Shown in pieces: positions 46,586 through 59,793 of a stretch of 60,329 nucleotides of DNA (positions within the stretch are counted from its first letter, which is position 1; every line of letters starts with the position of its first letter). This DNA comes from Psammoneis japonica. Its lineage: Eukaryota. The position numbers and the translations under genes are program-made. A model generated the notes under the pieces. The model was not told the DNA's origin. It ran no database searches and saw nothing but the letters and a program-made list of their open reading frames with translations. The DNA is taken from positions 124,001-184,329 of the forward strand of contig QPGO01000150.1 of the NCBI GenBank assembly GCA_008632985.1, given 5' to 3'.

Positions 46586-48121
46586 ATGATGACGCTTGCC
46601 GTAGCCATCCTTCTTGTTGCCGCCATGGCTGTAGCCCAGGCCAAATTCATTCGTAAATCGGATCTTGCTCCTTTTGAAAACAATTGGATATCGTTAAATC
46701 CCAATGTCGCATTTGTCGCAGCCGCCAACATGGCAGAACATGTTTCAGATCCAACACTGCGACGTCAGTTGCAAAACACAAAACGACGACTCGAATCCGA
46801 ATCGTCTTCCATTTACACATCACATTCCTTTGTCGAGGGTGAATCGGAATACGATGAATACCAACAAGCATGGCGTTTTTTGGGATGGATGATTGATTGT
46901 GGAGAGGGCTACGATGATGATGGAGACGGAGGCGGTAGTAGCTTTGATGGTACCGGTGAGGGTTGTGCACGTTTTCTCTTGTGGGCAGCTTATATTGATT
47001 TGGATTATACCGGTGGGGGGATTGGGGAATATCAATATTGGGATCGTAGTACAAAATCGTGGGATGCATCGCCTTGTAATTATAGACAAGAGGGAAGTGG
47101 AGATAACAACAATGGGGGAAACAATAATAACGGTGATGAAAATGATGAAGACTACAATGAATACGGCGAACGCTGTGCCAAAATGGATTGTCATTTGGAA
47201 GACACACATTATTCCTTACTTGGTTTTTATAAACATGTTTCTCACGATGATTGGATGGAACAAGTAAGTAAAAGGGAGAATACTGCTGTGAATTATGATT
47301 GATCATTGCGATTTGCTTAACTCGTCTCCATGAATTTATATCATGTCACACAGCTCTTCAAACACGAGGGAATGTGTGTATGGAACGAGGAGCAATATGC
47401 ATTCATGAAGACTGCCCGTAAAGCATGGCCCCAAGGTTGCGCCGCGTCTAGTAGTACGACCGCCAGTGGAAAGACCATTTATTACGACATCAAGCCCACA
47501 AGCGGCGGCCGCATGGATATTGGGCTCTACACGGATACCAAATGTCTCAAGGAATACCATGGCGCATCCGTCGAAGGCGTTCTTGGAAATTTCTTTGCAG
47601 ATCAAGAGGCCAGTGGCTCGCAAGACTATAGTGCGTATGACTTTAGTGATTGGAGCCTCAAGCAATCCTTTAGCTATTGGGAAGATGCCTTTGCGGAATG
47701 GGAAATTTGTCATCCGTGCGTTGCCTACGACTTGACCAATGTCGGTGATAATCTTCATTCCGCCTATGGCGACGATGATCAGTACAATGACGAAGAACCG
47801 GAAAATTTCGATTGTTACGATGACGCGGGATACACCAATGTCAATCAGTGCATGAAATTCATGGCCAAAACCGACATGAGAGCCGCAACCTTTCAAGATT
47901 TGAGTCTTGCCAGTCGACAGGGGAGCATGGTCCAGAATGTGGCCGTAGAAGGGTTCAAGGACCGGTCGAGAAAAATTACAGCAGCGTCGGCGTGGTTTAC
48001 CACCATTTTCTTTGTCCTTTCCATTGCCGCCCTCCTTGGGGGGTTGTTTATGTTTGTCAAGGCTCGAAAAGATGCAAAGAATGCTCCGAAGTTCTTGCAG
48101 AAACCATTGGTATATGCATAG
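46586..48121 (+). CDS. Type I membrane protein with signal peptide, RXL motifs, acidic Cys-rich lumenal domain and C-terminal TM; two exons
   Basis: ATG at 46586. A 90-bp intron at 47264-47353 (GTAAGT...CAG) gives WMEQ|LFKHEG in frame. RRQL and KRRLE motifs; TM WFTTIFFVLSIAALLGGLFMFV. Confidence 0.88.
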
Positions 48122-48160
48122 TCTAGATAGTGATGATAGTATCTCACCATGTCTAAACCA

Positions 48161-50206
48161 TTATCTATATCTCTTGCAATTTCGCGTCCACTCTCGAGGA
48201 AAGTCCCGGATGCGTATCCTCGTAGGATCCTCCTTGCACAGTTCCGATTCGGCTGTTGCCCCAACTTTTATTAAACTTTTCAATTCCTCCGCAGTCGAAG
48301 CAGATTGCACCTGTTTCCAAACGGCGTCGCTTAAAAGACCAAGAGAACAACAGGACGCAAAGACCTGTCGAGTCAGTTTTGTGCGGATTTCACATTGAGG
48401 AACAAGTCGGCGTATGCACTTGAAAAATGCAAAGAACGTTGCCGACGCGGGCTTTATCCTCGACGTGTCGTCGTCCTTTTTGAGAATCTCTCGAAAGGTT
48501 TGCAGTGCAATCTCAAAGGCGGTCCGTTTGATCGTTCCATCCCCAATTGCATTTGCGCATGCCAACAGCACTGTATTAAACGTGATGATATCGGGCTGAG
48601 CTTTTGTGCCGCCGACGTCTCGCATTCTTTGTAAAAGATCCTGAGCCTTGGTGGCCTTGTGAATCGAGTGGCTTTTAGCATAACAGTTGAGTAGTGCATT
48701 GTAACAAAACGTCGTTGGTATGACTCCAAGTTCTTCCATTTCGTAAAACACAAGCTCCTCTGCCTTTTCCACAGAGTCGCGGTTGGGATTCTTGCTTAAT
48801 GCCGTAAGGGCAGATGTGTAGGTACGAGCATTTGGCAAAAAATCATCGTCACCATTAAGGAAAGCAAGTTGTTTCATTTGTTCCAAAAGAGCCAAAGCCT
48901 TTTCCGATGCATCGGGTGCTTTGCTTTGCGCCCATCCATCAATAACGGCCGAAAAGGAAACCGCATCGGGTTTCATGTATTCGTCGCCCGTTTCCTCGTA
49001 CATTTTCAAAACTCGATCCAACAAGTCTTGAGCCTCTTGGGCTTTACCATTTTTCGCCAAGACCGTCATGACGCTCGTATAGCTAATGGCATTAGGAGCG
49101 AGGTGCTCTTGACCTGGTTCTTGGGATTGTTGTTGCATGGTTTCCAAAAGTTCCATGGCTCGACGAGGAGCCGACGGACTTTGACTCGACGCCCAAGCAC
49201 AAATGACACTGGAATAACTGTATACATCGGGGACGACATCTTCGTTTCCGGCATTGGACAAGTGTATCATGTGCAAAAGTAACTCTTGTGCTCGTTGCGC
49301 CGAATGAGGTGAACGGCTCTTGGCCCATGCATGAAGTACCGTGTTGAAGGAAAACGTGTCTGGCTTGACCTTGTGATTCCCATCATGATGTAATTCCATC
49401 ATTTCTCGAAGCAGTGCTTCTGCCTTTTGGGGAGCATTGCTTTTGTGTTGTGATTGTTGCGCCCAAGCGTAAATAACTGTATTGTAGGTAATGGTATCGG
49501 GTTGAATGTTTGTATCTTGCTGCATTTGACGGAGCAACGATTCGGCGTGTTGCGGTTGACCGCTGTTGGCAAATGCGAAAATGACGGTATTGTAGCTGAC
49601 AACATCGGGCTCTACCAACGAAGGCGTCATTTCAAATTTGTTCTTGTTGTCGTCATCGTTGTCAGGGCCGTTCTTGTCCTTGACATGTTGCACCATTGAA
49701 TTTAACAAGGCCATGGCCTTGTCTGCGGCCTTGTCATCCGTACTCTTGGCCCACGCGTTCAAAACCGAATTGTACGACACAGCATCCGGAGCAGCCGCAT
49801 AATATCCTTCCTTGTGCAAAGCCTCAATTCGCTGTAACAATTCCTGAGCCCTCGTGGCGGCTCCTTTTGTCGTGCTTTTGGCCAAGGAATCCAAGTTGAG
49901 ATTGAGCGACAGGAGCGGCATGTTGCCTCGTCGTAAACTGCGTTGACGGCGTTCTTGAGAAGCGGTGTGGTGGTTCTTTGTTTCCGTCATGGATAGAACG
50001 GAACGGTTTCTTCTTTTACTACTGGAAGTGGGTGCCGACATTGACATGCAGAAGGACGGCACATGACGTTGTTGTTTCTGTTCTTTCAGGACTCCTCTTG
50101 GCGTAGTTTTGAAGCTGATTTTTTCGGTGTTGTATGGAACCGAAAACGAGTCTGCTGCTGTATGGAGAAGTGCTAGCGATAAGGCAGCATACATATAACA
50201 AAACAT
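48161..50206 (-). CDS. Pentatricopeptide repeat (PPR) protein, probably plastid-targeted
   Basis: Repeated PDxxSYNxVLxAWAxS..A.RA..LL..M units. Leader MFCYMYAALSLALLHTAADSF resembles a signal peptide with an ASAF-type cleavage site. The ORF is open to 50332. Confidence 0.93.
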   Translation of the reverse strand: MFCYMYAALSLALLHTAADSFSVPYNTEKISFKTTPRGVLKEQKQQRHVPSFCMSMSAPTSSSKRRNRSVLSMTETKNHHTASQERRQRSLRRGNMPLLSLNLNLDSLAKSTTKGAATRAQELLQRIEALHKEGYYAAAPDAVSYNSVLNAWAKSTDDKAADKAMALLNSMVQHVKDKNGPDNDDDNKNKFEMTPSLVEPDVVSYNTVIFAFANSGQPQHAESLLRQMQQDTNIQPDTITYNTVIYAWAQQSQHKSNAPQKAEALLREMMELHHDGNHKVKPDTFSFNTVLHAWAKSRSPHSAQRAQELLLHMIHLSNAGNEDVVPDVYSYSSVICAWASSQSPSAPRRAMELLETMQQQSQEPGQEHLAPNAISYTSVMTVLAKNGKAQEAQDLLDRVLKMYEETGDEYMKPDAVSFSAVIDGWAQSKAPDASEKALALLEQMKQLAFLNGDDDFLPNARTYTSALTALSKNPNRDSVEKAEELVFYEMEELGVIPTTFCYNALLNCYAKSHSIHKATKAQDLLQRMRDVGGTKAQPDIITFNTVLLACANAIGDGTIKRTAFEIALQTFREILKKDDDTSRIKPASATFFAFFKCIRRLVPQCEIRTKLTRQVFASCCSLGLLSDAVWKQVQSASTAEELKSLIKVGATAESELCKEDPTRIRIRDFPREWTRNCKRYR

Positions 50207-50567
50207 GGCGATATCTCTCTTGTTTTTCTGTTCCAAGTAGTGCCGAAACGCGAAAGGAGAAAGGAGTTGGAGGTTGGAACGCAATAGCGACCATGCGGCG
50301 TCAGTCGTTGTTGAAGTTGAAGTCACGATCATGTGATGGAAAAGAGGAATCCGGAATCATGGAGTGAAAAAATGGGTTTTTTCGAATTCATGATCAAAAT
50401 TGTGAAAATTTCGTTGTTTTTGTTTTTTCCCGAACTTTCTCAAAACGAAGATAAAAAATCGAAAACGAGAGCCATACAAACACCATCATGACACGACTGC
50501 GAACTTCCAAACTGCAAATCAATCAGAAGTCCTTTTTGTGCACAAGTTGAAGATAATACATCCGCAA

Positions 50568-53282
50568 ATGATGGCGCTGCTATTATTCCCCGGCACCTAC
50601 CCGAAAAAGCAAACGTATAGGTTACAGCGTGCTCTGATACTTATAATATGGCTCCTCTGTGTTGATTATTCTAAAGCTTTTATCGATACAGACGGCGTAT
50701 GCAATGTGTTTGTGTTTGCTCCCTTTACAACCAACTTTGGCTACACAGAAGCAATTGGCCTTGTTGACAACTCCACGAACGATGGTGAAGCTCCCATTTT
50801 TGGATTTCATCACATGGCTGCAGCTCTGTTTGCTGCAAAAGAATTCAACAATCGAAACGTTAATAGTACGGCAGTCTCTGAATTTATACAGGATGGATGC
50901 AACATTACTTTGAACATATCCGCCGTTTTCGATACCGGTTCATTGACACAGCTTGCAAGCAAACGATTAGCAGCATCCAACCAAGTACCGTGCGCTATAG
51001 CAGGACCGTTTCATAGCCATCCTGCTATAGAACTGAGTGTCATGGCTCAAGCATTCGAGTATCCCATTGTCGTGCACCGATCCTTCAATCCCCGAACAAC
51101 GTCGGATTTCTTTTCCAACTATACCACTCAAGTCTATCCTGCTCTACAGTCTTCTGCCAAGACGTTAGTCAGTTTTTTGTTGGAAAAACAAAGAACCAAT
51201 TACATTGCACTCTTGTATTCCGGGACGTTTGAGAACTTTGCGAGACGAGAAAGTTTGATTTTTGAACTCGATGAAGTCAAGGTATCGTGGACGACGAGTT
51301 CGTACACGTCACCCTTTTCCGACAATGGAGTATTTGCCAATGATGAAATACGAAGTCCCTTTGCAGCCCTGAAACAAATCAAACAAAGTGGATATCGTAC
51401 CATTGTGGTGGCCATGGACAGCACGGGTGTTTTGCCCATAAGGTTTCCCGGAGGAGAGCTTTTGGGTGAGCTTCAAACGATTGCCGATGCTGCCGAAGCC
51501 TTACAAATGAATCAGGGGGATTACTTTTGGATTTGGTATGATGTCTTTGAACCGAGTATTTACGATATCAATGAAAATGTCTCGAAAATTGTGGGCGGAT
51601 CGGCATGGATCTTGCCGGCAGATCGAGTGGTGGACAGTGACTTTGGATGGTCTTCCAATGGGAAAGAGGATGTCGATCAACTCAACTCGCTGAATCCAAT
51701 CCCAAAACGTGAGAAGGGATATAGGGTCGCGAGGGATGATTTTTCCAACACACACCAGAACCTTCGTATGGATCAGGTAAGTGCACTTTTTCGCGAGAAC
51801 TTGTAGTTTCAGAGAAAAGTAGGAGTAGGTGGACTTATATGGCGTTCGGCTCCGTCCTCACTGCCGTATTTCATAGGTTTCATGTACGATGCCGTCATTA
51901 GCATAGGAATAGGCGCTTGTGTGGCTAAGCGAAAGCAGGATGGAACAATCACTGGAAAAGAACATGTCCACGGTATTCGAAGAGCGAGCTTTGGCGGTAA
52001 AACTGGAAAGGTACAATTTGGTAGCAACACTGGCGACCTGGACAGTGCCGGTGCGAGGCTCCCATCTACCGTCAGTTGGGTGGCACTCAATTTTTTGCCA
52101 CCCGGAATGGAAGAAAGTCTCAACTCGTCGGATCTTTTGCTGGCTTCCAACCCAAAGGAATGGTTCTCGGTTGCGCCGTTTTACTACAGAGACGGACGTA
52201 CCGTGCCACCCGATTTGCTTCGGGATCAGCCCGATCAGAACTACTTGTCCAACGGATTGCGAATCTTTGGTTTGGTTTTGATGTCTCTTGTCATTTTACT
52301 TGCAATTTTATCCGCCATTTGGGTGTTTGCCTGCCGAAAGCACCGCGTACTCAAGGCGTCGCAACCATACTTTTTGTATCCTATTTGTTTTGGCTGTGTG
52401 GCGCAGGCATCGGCTGTCCTTACCATTTCATTTGACGAGAGCCACGGAAAAAATGTTGACCAGTTGAGTAAGGCTTGCATGGCCTTACCTTGGCTACTTA
52501 CCATGGGACACACTGTCATTTACACTTCGCTCTTTACCAAGATGTGGCGTGTTCACAAAGTGCTACAGTTTAGGAGACAGCGAACGCCAGTGTATCGTCT
52601 CTTGTGGCCCATGGCGATTATTCTATCACTGGACGTTGTTGTTCTCACACTATGGACAGTACTAGATCCTCTCAAATATGAAAGGGTCGAGATTAACCCA
52701 GTCACTGGTGAAAGCATTGGAGAATGCGTATCCGGCAACACTCTCGCGGTCTGGACTGTCCTTGTAGCACTCTTACTGATTCCAATGGGTATGACGGAGT
52801 ACTTTGCTTGGAAGACAAAGGATGTGGACGAGGCTTTTACCGAAAGCAAGTGGGTCTTTTTCATGACGCTTTGGCAAATTGAAGTGTTGTGTATTGGCGT
52901 CCCGATTCTTGTTCTTTTGCAGGACGTTTCTACCGATGGTCGCTATCTGGGTTATCTTTTCATCCTCTTATCGTTTCCAGCAAGTACTCTTGGTTTTATT
53001 TTCATACCAAAGATCATCACATACGCGCGGGACGTGAGAGGTATCAAGGATCGGCCGAAACGAGGGGAGCGAGCGCACGCAAGAGTCACGGGGTTATCGG
53101 GTCACGTGCCAACGACAAATAATGATGGGACGCCCAGTCCGCAAGAGATTGTAGGCATCTCGGATAATAAGCCTTCAGACTTTGTTGCTTCGAATTATGA
53201 AAACGAAACGCCGACGCAGCAGAGTGTCGAGAAAACGGTGAAAGAAAATGGGGAACAGGATGGGGAACAGGCAGAGCAATGA
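50568..53282 (+). CDS. Class C (GABA-B-like) GPCR: ligand-binding (ANF-receptor-like) domain plus 7TM
   Basis: Motifs VLKASQPYFL..ICFG, LFTKMWRVHKV, DPL..ER and ESKWVF, with seven hydrophobic segments. Intron at 51777-51876. One T is missing in a T-run near 51742, a probable assembly indel. Confidence 0.88.
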
Positions 53283-53927
53283 GCCTCACATGGTTCTTCA
53301 ATGCTTGATACTCCTAGGAAAATAGCGGGCATCTCATCTCTCAAAGATTGAGTAAGTCGCCATCATTTGATAGCGACGAGCATAGATGACGACCCGGGGA
53401 CTCAATCATCAAAAGGGAAATTCCGCACGCGCAACGATTGGCGACCTCAAACGTAACCGCTCATTGTCACAGGCGAAGCTCCCTTCGCCCGGTGCATCGG
53501 AGGAGGCTGGTTCAACTAAAATCATTATGTGCTGCGGCGAAAGGAATAATATGTGTTTTCGGTGCCTGAAACATTTCTTTCGTTGAGAATCATGAAAGAA
53601 TAGTTTTCGTCTTCGGGCCATTCAGGCGTTTCTCTCTTGTCAGACCTGTTTTAATTATTTGTTAACGATATTGACTAATTTACAGCGGCATTTTATTACA
53701 CGCGTAGCGAGATACAGAAACAACCACACAGAGTCAAGGACACGACCCTCTGTTTCATGCAATAGTACCAACAATTCCGCGATACATCCTGAAAAGGAAT
53801 ATCGAGGCAAACAGTACAAAAGTAATCTCGTACCCATCGAATCAACTTCCCAGAAAGCGCAGAACAAACTTGTCGTTTGAGAGTGGCTCAGAAACAAGAG
53901 CCTCTTCAGCTTTTTGCATAACTTCTT

Positions 53928-56100
53928 TTACTCAAATGCTCTTGAGTTCTTTCTACCACCTTTGCCTTTGCTCTTGGAAGAAGATCCGCCACCGGAGCCG
54001 GCGCTAGATTCCGCACCAGGGTGGTACCCGCTAGGTGATGGCGGGCTGGAAGGACTGGTTGGGCCTCCGCTGGATTGAGAGCGGCTGCCTTTCTTTCCGC
54101 CCTTCGATTTGCTGGAACTCGATCCAGTTGAGGGGCTGGATGGAGTGGATGGGCTTCCGCCAGTACCTGATGACGGGCTGGAAGGAGTAGATGGGCTTCC
54201 GCCAGTACCCGATGATGGGCTGGAGGGAGCGGTTGGGCTTCCGCCAGTACCTGACGAGGGGCTGGATGGAGTGGACGGGCTTCCGCCGGTACCTGACGAC
54301 GGGCTGGAAGGAGTGGATGGGCTTCCGCCAGCACCTGACGACGGGCTGGATGGAGTGGATGGGCTTCCGCTAGATTCTGAGCTGCTGCCTTTCTTTCCGC
54401 CCTTCGATTTGCTGGAACTCGAACCTGTTGACGGGCTGGATGGAGTGGATGGGCTTCCGCTAGACTCTGCGCTGCTGCCTTTCTTTCCGCCCTTCGATTT
54501 GCTGGAGCTCGATCCTGTTGACGGGCTCGATGGAGTGGATGGGCTTCCGCCAGTACCTGACGATGGCTCGATGGAGTGGATGGGATTCCGCTAGATTCTG
54601 AGCTGCTGCCTTTCTTTCCGCCCTTCGATTTACTGGAACTCGATCCTGTTGACGGGCTCGATGGAGTGGATGGGCTTCCGCCAGTACCTGACGACGGGCT
54701 GGATGGAGTGGATGGGCTTCCGCTAGATACAGAGCTGCTGCCTTTCTTTCCACCCTTCGATTTGCTGGAACTCGATCCTGTTGACGGGCTGGATGGAGTG
54801 GATGGGCTTCCGCCAGTACCTGACGACGGGCTGGATGGAGTGGATGGGCTTCCGCCAGTACCTGATGACGGGCTGGATGGGCTTCCGCCATCACCTGATG
54901 ATGAGCTGGAAGGGCTGGATGGGCTTCCGCCAGTACCTGATGACGGGCTGGATGGAGTGGATGGGCTCCCGCCAGTACCTGATGACGGGCTGGATGGGCT
55001 TCCGCCATCACCTGATGATGGGCTGGAAGGACTGGATGGGCTTCCGCCAGTACCTGATGACGGGCTGGAAGGACTGGATGAACTACCACTAGTAGATGAT
55101 GACGGACTGGAAGGACTGGATGGGCTTGATTCAGAGCTGCTGCCTTTCTTTCCACCCTTAGACTTGCTAGAACTAGACGAGCTTCCACTTGATTCAGAGC
55201 TGCCGCCTTTCTTGCCTCCCTTAGACTTGCTTGAGCCACTGCCACCTTTCTTTCCGCCCTTGACTTGCTCGAACCTTTCTTTCCGCCCTTGGATTTGCTA
55301 GAAGGAGGCTCCGGTGAGGGTGACGGTGGCGGTGGCGGTGGCATTGGCACAGAAGATGGAGGCTTGGGAGAAGGAGAGGGTGGCTTGGGTGATGGTGAAG
55401 GTGGCTTAGGCGACGGTGGCTTAGGCGACGGCGATGGCGGCTTTGGCGAGGGACTGGGAGGAGGCGGCTTGAATGTGGGCTTTGGTGTGGGCTTTGGAGT
55501 GGGCCTTGGCGTGGGCTTCGGAGTGGGCCTTGGCGTGGGCTTTGGTGTGGGCCTTGGCGTGGGCCTTGGCGTGGGCTTTGGGGGCTTTGGCGGTTTTGGC
55601 TTTGGCTTCGGACGTTTCCCGCCTTTGCTCTTGCTGCTACTTCCCTTCTTACCACCTTTGCTCTTGCTGCTGGAGCTACTACCCTTCTTGCCACCTTTGC
55701 TCTTGCTGCTGGAGCTACTACCCTTCTTACCACCTTTGCTCTTGCTGCTGGAGCTACTACCCTTCTTACCACCTTTGCTCTTGCTACTGGAGCTACTACC
55801 CTTCTTGCCACCTTTGCTCTTGCTGCTGGAGCTACTACCCTTCTTGCCACCTTTACTCTTGCTGCTACTACTACTTGTGTACCAATATTTCTTTCCTCCG
55901 CCCTTGCATCCACTGCAATCACAATAACAATAATCGTCGGATGGCCCGTATTCATGGCATAGACAACCGGTACAGCAACCCAGCATTCGACTCTTGAGCA
56001 CACGAGTCAGCTTGGTTTGCGTCTCGTCCAACGCCGCGCACTGATTGCTGCTCAAAAGCACGGCCGCGGCGGCGACAATCGCAGCAACCAACACTCTCAT
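53928..56100 (-). CDS. Secreted silaffin/cingulin-like Ser/Lys/Gly/Pro repeat protein
   Basis: Signal peptide, RVL/RML motifs, a Cys cluster, (SSSSSKSKGGKKG)n, (PTPK/PTPR)n and (GSPSTPSSPSSGTG)n, ending KGGRKNSRAFE*. Apparent 1-nt deletions near 55262 and 54566. Possible 5'UTR intron at 56171-56331. Confidence 0.8.
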
Positions 56101-56937
56101 TTTGTCGATTTGCAAATACGTATCCACGTATCCGATGAAACCAATGCCTGAGTAAGGTCTCTCAGGTGACCTGGGCAAAAAGAAAAGAGCAAAACGTACA
56201 TGTCATGAGGCACGGTACAAGACACCAATGCAAACAACAAGCCGCGAGCACCGCAAACGTGAACTGTAACTATAAAGCCCCACCGCTAGCTGTTGCTCTG
56301 TCTACTCATTGATTCTCACAATCGTTCGTACCTTGGTTATTCGCAACCCTTGTCGATTGACGCGAGGTTGGAAAAGTGAGAGTGATTTCAAGTGAAGAAA
56401 ATGGAGCAAGGACTCGTGTCGTGAAAACCTTTCGAATTTTTAAAAAAATTGATTCCGAGTTATATCAGAATGTTTTCTTCATCTATGAATGTAAAAAACA
56501 CTTTGATCGACAATATTATTATGGCTATTATTTTCGATAATTTTAATATAAACCTTCAGCCTTCTAAGCGACATTATTTTCACTACAAGGGAAACCAAAA
56601 ATACAAATCTATTAGCTTAAATATCTATATTTTCTTTGTTTCTGAGAAGAAGTCACATCTCAATCTACATCAACGTTTACTTGATTGAAATTTTCGCGCC
56701 TCAAAATTTGAAAATTATTGGGCCCCAACGCAACAATGCACTGGTCCAGATGGGCAATGAATGCTTTTCTTGGAGAGAAGCAGACGCAGATTGTAAGTTG
56801 AAGGCGAGACGGTGACCTCATGCCTCGTATGACAGACAAGTAAACAAGAGAGGTGAAGTTCGTTGCCGTTCTCGCGGTTCTCGCGGTTCTCCGGGTGCTC
56901 ATTATTTTTATTACAAGATCGATTCTTATGATGGACC

Positions 56938-59729
56938 ATGGCGCTGCTCTTTTGTCCTAAAATCACTTACAGCAACATGTATCAACTGCTTATATGGACG
57001 CTTGTATTGTTTTCTAGTTATGTTAATGCTTTTATTGATGCGAATGGCGTTTGTAAGGTCTTTACGTTTGTCCCATTCACTACGAACTTTGGTTTCACCG
57101 AGGCGATTGGTTTGGGCGATGACGCTGAAAATGGCACAAACGTTGGGTTTAACCACATGGCAGCGGCTCTGTTGGCAGCACGAACGTTTAATGATCGCAA
57201 CGCTACGGTCATTCCAGAATTAGCTGACTTGGACGGGTGCAACATTACCTTGGATGTGACTACCTTTTTTGATACCGGTTCGTTGACTCAGCTTGCAAGC
57301 CAGCGATTGGCAGAAACAAATGAAATACCGTGTGCTGTTGCGGGGCCCTTTAATGATCATCCGGCTGCAGAACTGAGTGTCATGGCTCAAGCGTTCAAAT
57401 ATCCCATTGTGGTGCACCGGGCTTTCTCCCCAAAAATCGTCTCTGATTTCTTTAGCAGTTACACAACACAACTCTTTCCTTCGCTGCAGTCTTCCACCAA
57501 GACATTGGTGAAATTTCTTCTCTTAAAGGGACGAAACAACTACGTGTCCATGTTGTATTCTTTGACCAGTATCAATCTAGCTCGGAGAGAGAGCTTAATC
57601 TTTGAACTGGATGAGGAAAATGTATCTTGGATGACCAGCTCGTACACTTCACCCTTTTCCAATGGTGATTTTTCAAATGATGAGATCCGCAGTCCGTTGG
57701 CAGCGTTGAAACAAGTAAAAGAGAGTGGATTCCGTACAATCGTCGTTGCCATGGACAAAACCAGCATATTGCCTGCCAACATTTCCAACACCACATATCT
57801 CGGAGAACTGCAAGAAATTGCAAATGCCGCCGAAGAGTTACAAATGAACCAAGGGGACTATTTTTGGATTTGGTACGATGTCTTTGAGCCGGCCATTTAT
57901 GATATTAATGAAAATGTTTCAAAAATTGTGGGTGGGTCCGCCTGGATCATTCCCTTGGATCGCGATCCACTCGTACCCGATGGAGAAGACCCGCTCGGCT
58001 GGGCTACACAAGGCAAAGAGGAGGTCGACCTGCTCAATTCGGTGAACCCAATTGAAGAAGGCGAGATTGGATATCGATTTGCGGAGGATGACTATTTCCA
58101 AACGAATCTCGATCCATCTTATGGAGTCGGTAAGTATGAAATCAAAACATGCGCCGTTTTATATCACTCGGTTTGTTTTGATGCGCCTCAATACGAAATT
58201 CTTGCATGTTGATTGCACCGCGGCAGGTTACATTTACGATGCCATTATGAGTATTGGAGTGGGAGCATGCTTGGCTCAACGGGACCAAAACAACACAATC
58301 AGTGGAACAGATCATGTTGACGGCATTCGAAATGCAAATTTTAGTGGAGCTTCTGGACCTGTACAGTTTGGTAGTCTAACTAAAAACCGCGACCATGAAG
58401 GCACAAGGCTAGAATCCACAGTCAGCTGGGCCGCCGTCAACTTTCATCCACCCAACATGGATACGGAACTGAATGTGACAGATATTCTTTTAAGTGTCCT
58501 TTCGGATGAATGGCTATCCGTTTTCCCGTTTTACTACCGAGACGGACGAACCGTGCCACCGGACCTGCTTCGCGATCAGCCTGAGCAAAACTATTTGACC
58601 AACGGATTGCGAATTTTCGGTTTGGTCTTGATGTCCCTTGTGATTTGCCTTGCAATTGTTTCGGCAATTTGGGTATTTGCATGTCGAAAGCACCGCGTAG
58701 TCAAGGCGTCGCAGCCTTACTTTTTGTATCTCATATGTTTTGGCTGTGTGGTGCAGGCAGGCTGTCCTTACCATTTCGTTTGATGAAAGCCACGAGAAAA
58801 ACGTTGATCAGTTGAGCGCGGCTTGCATGGCCACACCTTGGTTACTTACGCTTGGAAACACTATTGTGTACACTTCGTTGTTTACCAAAATGTGGCGTGT
58901 CCATAAAGTGCTACAGTTTCGGAGGCAGCGAACCAAGATGCGGAATCTCCTATGGCCCATGTTTGCAATTCTGCTTCTCGACATTGTTGTGCTTACGCTT
59001 TGGACAGTACTGGATCCTCTCAGGTGGGAGAGGGAAGAGATTAATAGCGTCACTGGCGAGAGTATAGGAGAATGTGTCGCGGATCACGTTGTAGCGTTTT
59101 GGGTTGCAATGGTAGTACTTACGTTGATTCCGATGGGCATGACTGAATACTTTGCTTGGAAGACAAAGGATGTTGACGAGGCATTTACTGAAAGCAAGTG
59201 GGTCTTTTTTATGACGCTTTGGCAAATTGAAGTGTTATGTGTTGGTGTCCCAATTCTTATTCTGCTGCAAGAAGTGTCAACTGACGGAAAGGTGAGCAAG
59301 CAACCGCTGTTCCCCCTTTGTTGTTGTCTTCTTCTACGCCCTCCTCCTCATCCCCGTCTCTTTTTCTGCCCCTTTTCATGTTAGTACATTGGGTACCTTT
59401 TCATATTTTTGACCTTTCCGACGAGCACTATTGGATTCATGATCATTCCAAAGTTTGTCGCCTATGTGCGCGACGTACGAGGTGTCCAGGACCGGCCAAA
59501 ACGAGGGGAGCGAGCTCACGGAAGAGTTACTGGTATTTCCACCCCCAGTCACGAGACGGGGGGGACCAAAAGTCACACAATGGCATCCATCGAAGAGGAA
59601 GAGAAGAAACGGAGACAGAACGGTGACGCATCACCGATACATGTTGCCTCAAATCTCGACACGAACGGTGAGGACGCAGTCGGCAACGATGAGCAGGTGA
59701 CGCCCGAAACTCAGGTCCCGCCATCATGA
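56938..59729 (+). CDS. Class C (GABA-B-like) GPCR, paralog of 50568-53282
   Basis: Colinear high similarity. Introns at 58130-58226 and 59292-59384. A 2-nt deletion near 58759 is either an error or a lesion. Confidence 0.85.
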
Positions 59730-59793
59730 GGTAGAACTTAAGATGTGGGTTGTGGGGATTGCGGAGCAAAAAGTGTGTAAATAATGGTGTGCG

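Noticed and set aside
54100..55870. Repeat array considered as CRISPR-like
   Set aside because: The units are codon-phased coding repeats with no unique spacers and no cas genes, in a eukaryotic context.
54109..55997. Plus-strand ORFs rich in LDGVDGLPP, GLGVG and LLLL
   Set aside because: Antisense shadows of the repetitive minus-strand Ser/Lys/Pro gene, which has the signal peptide.
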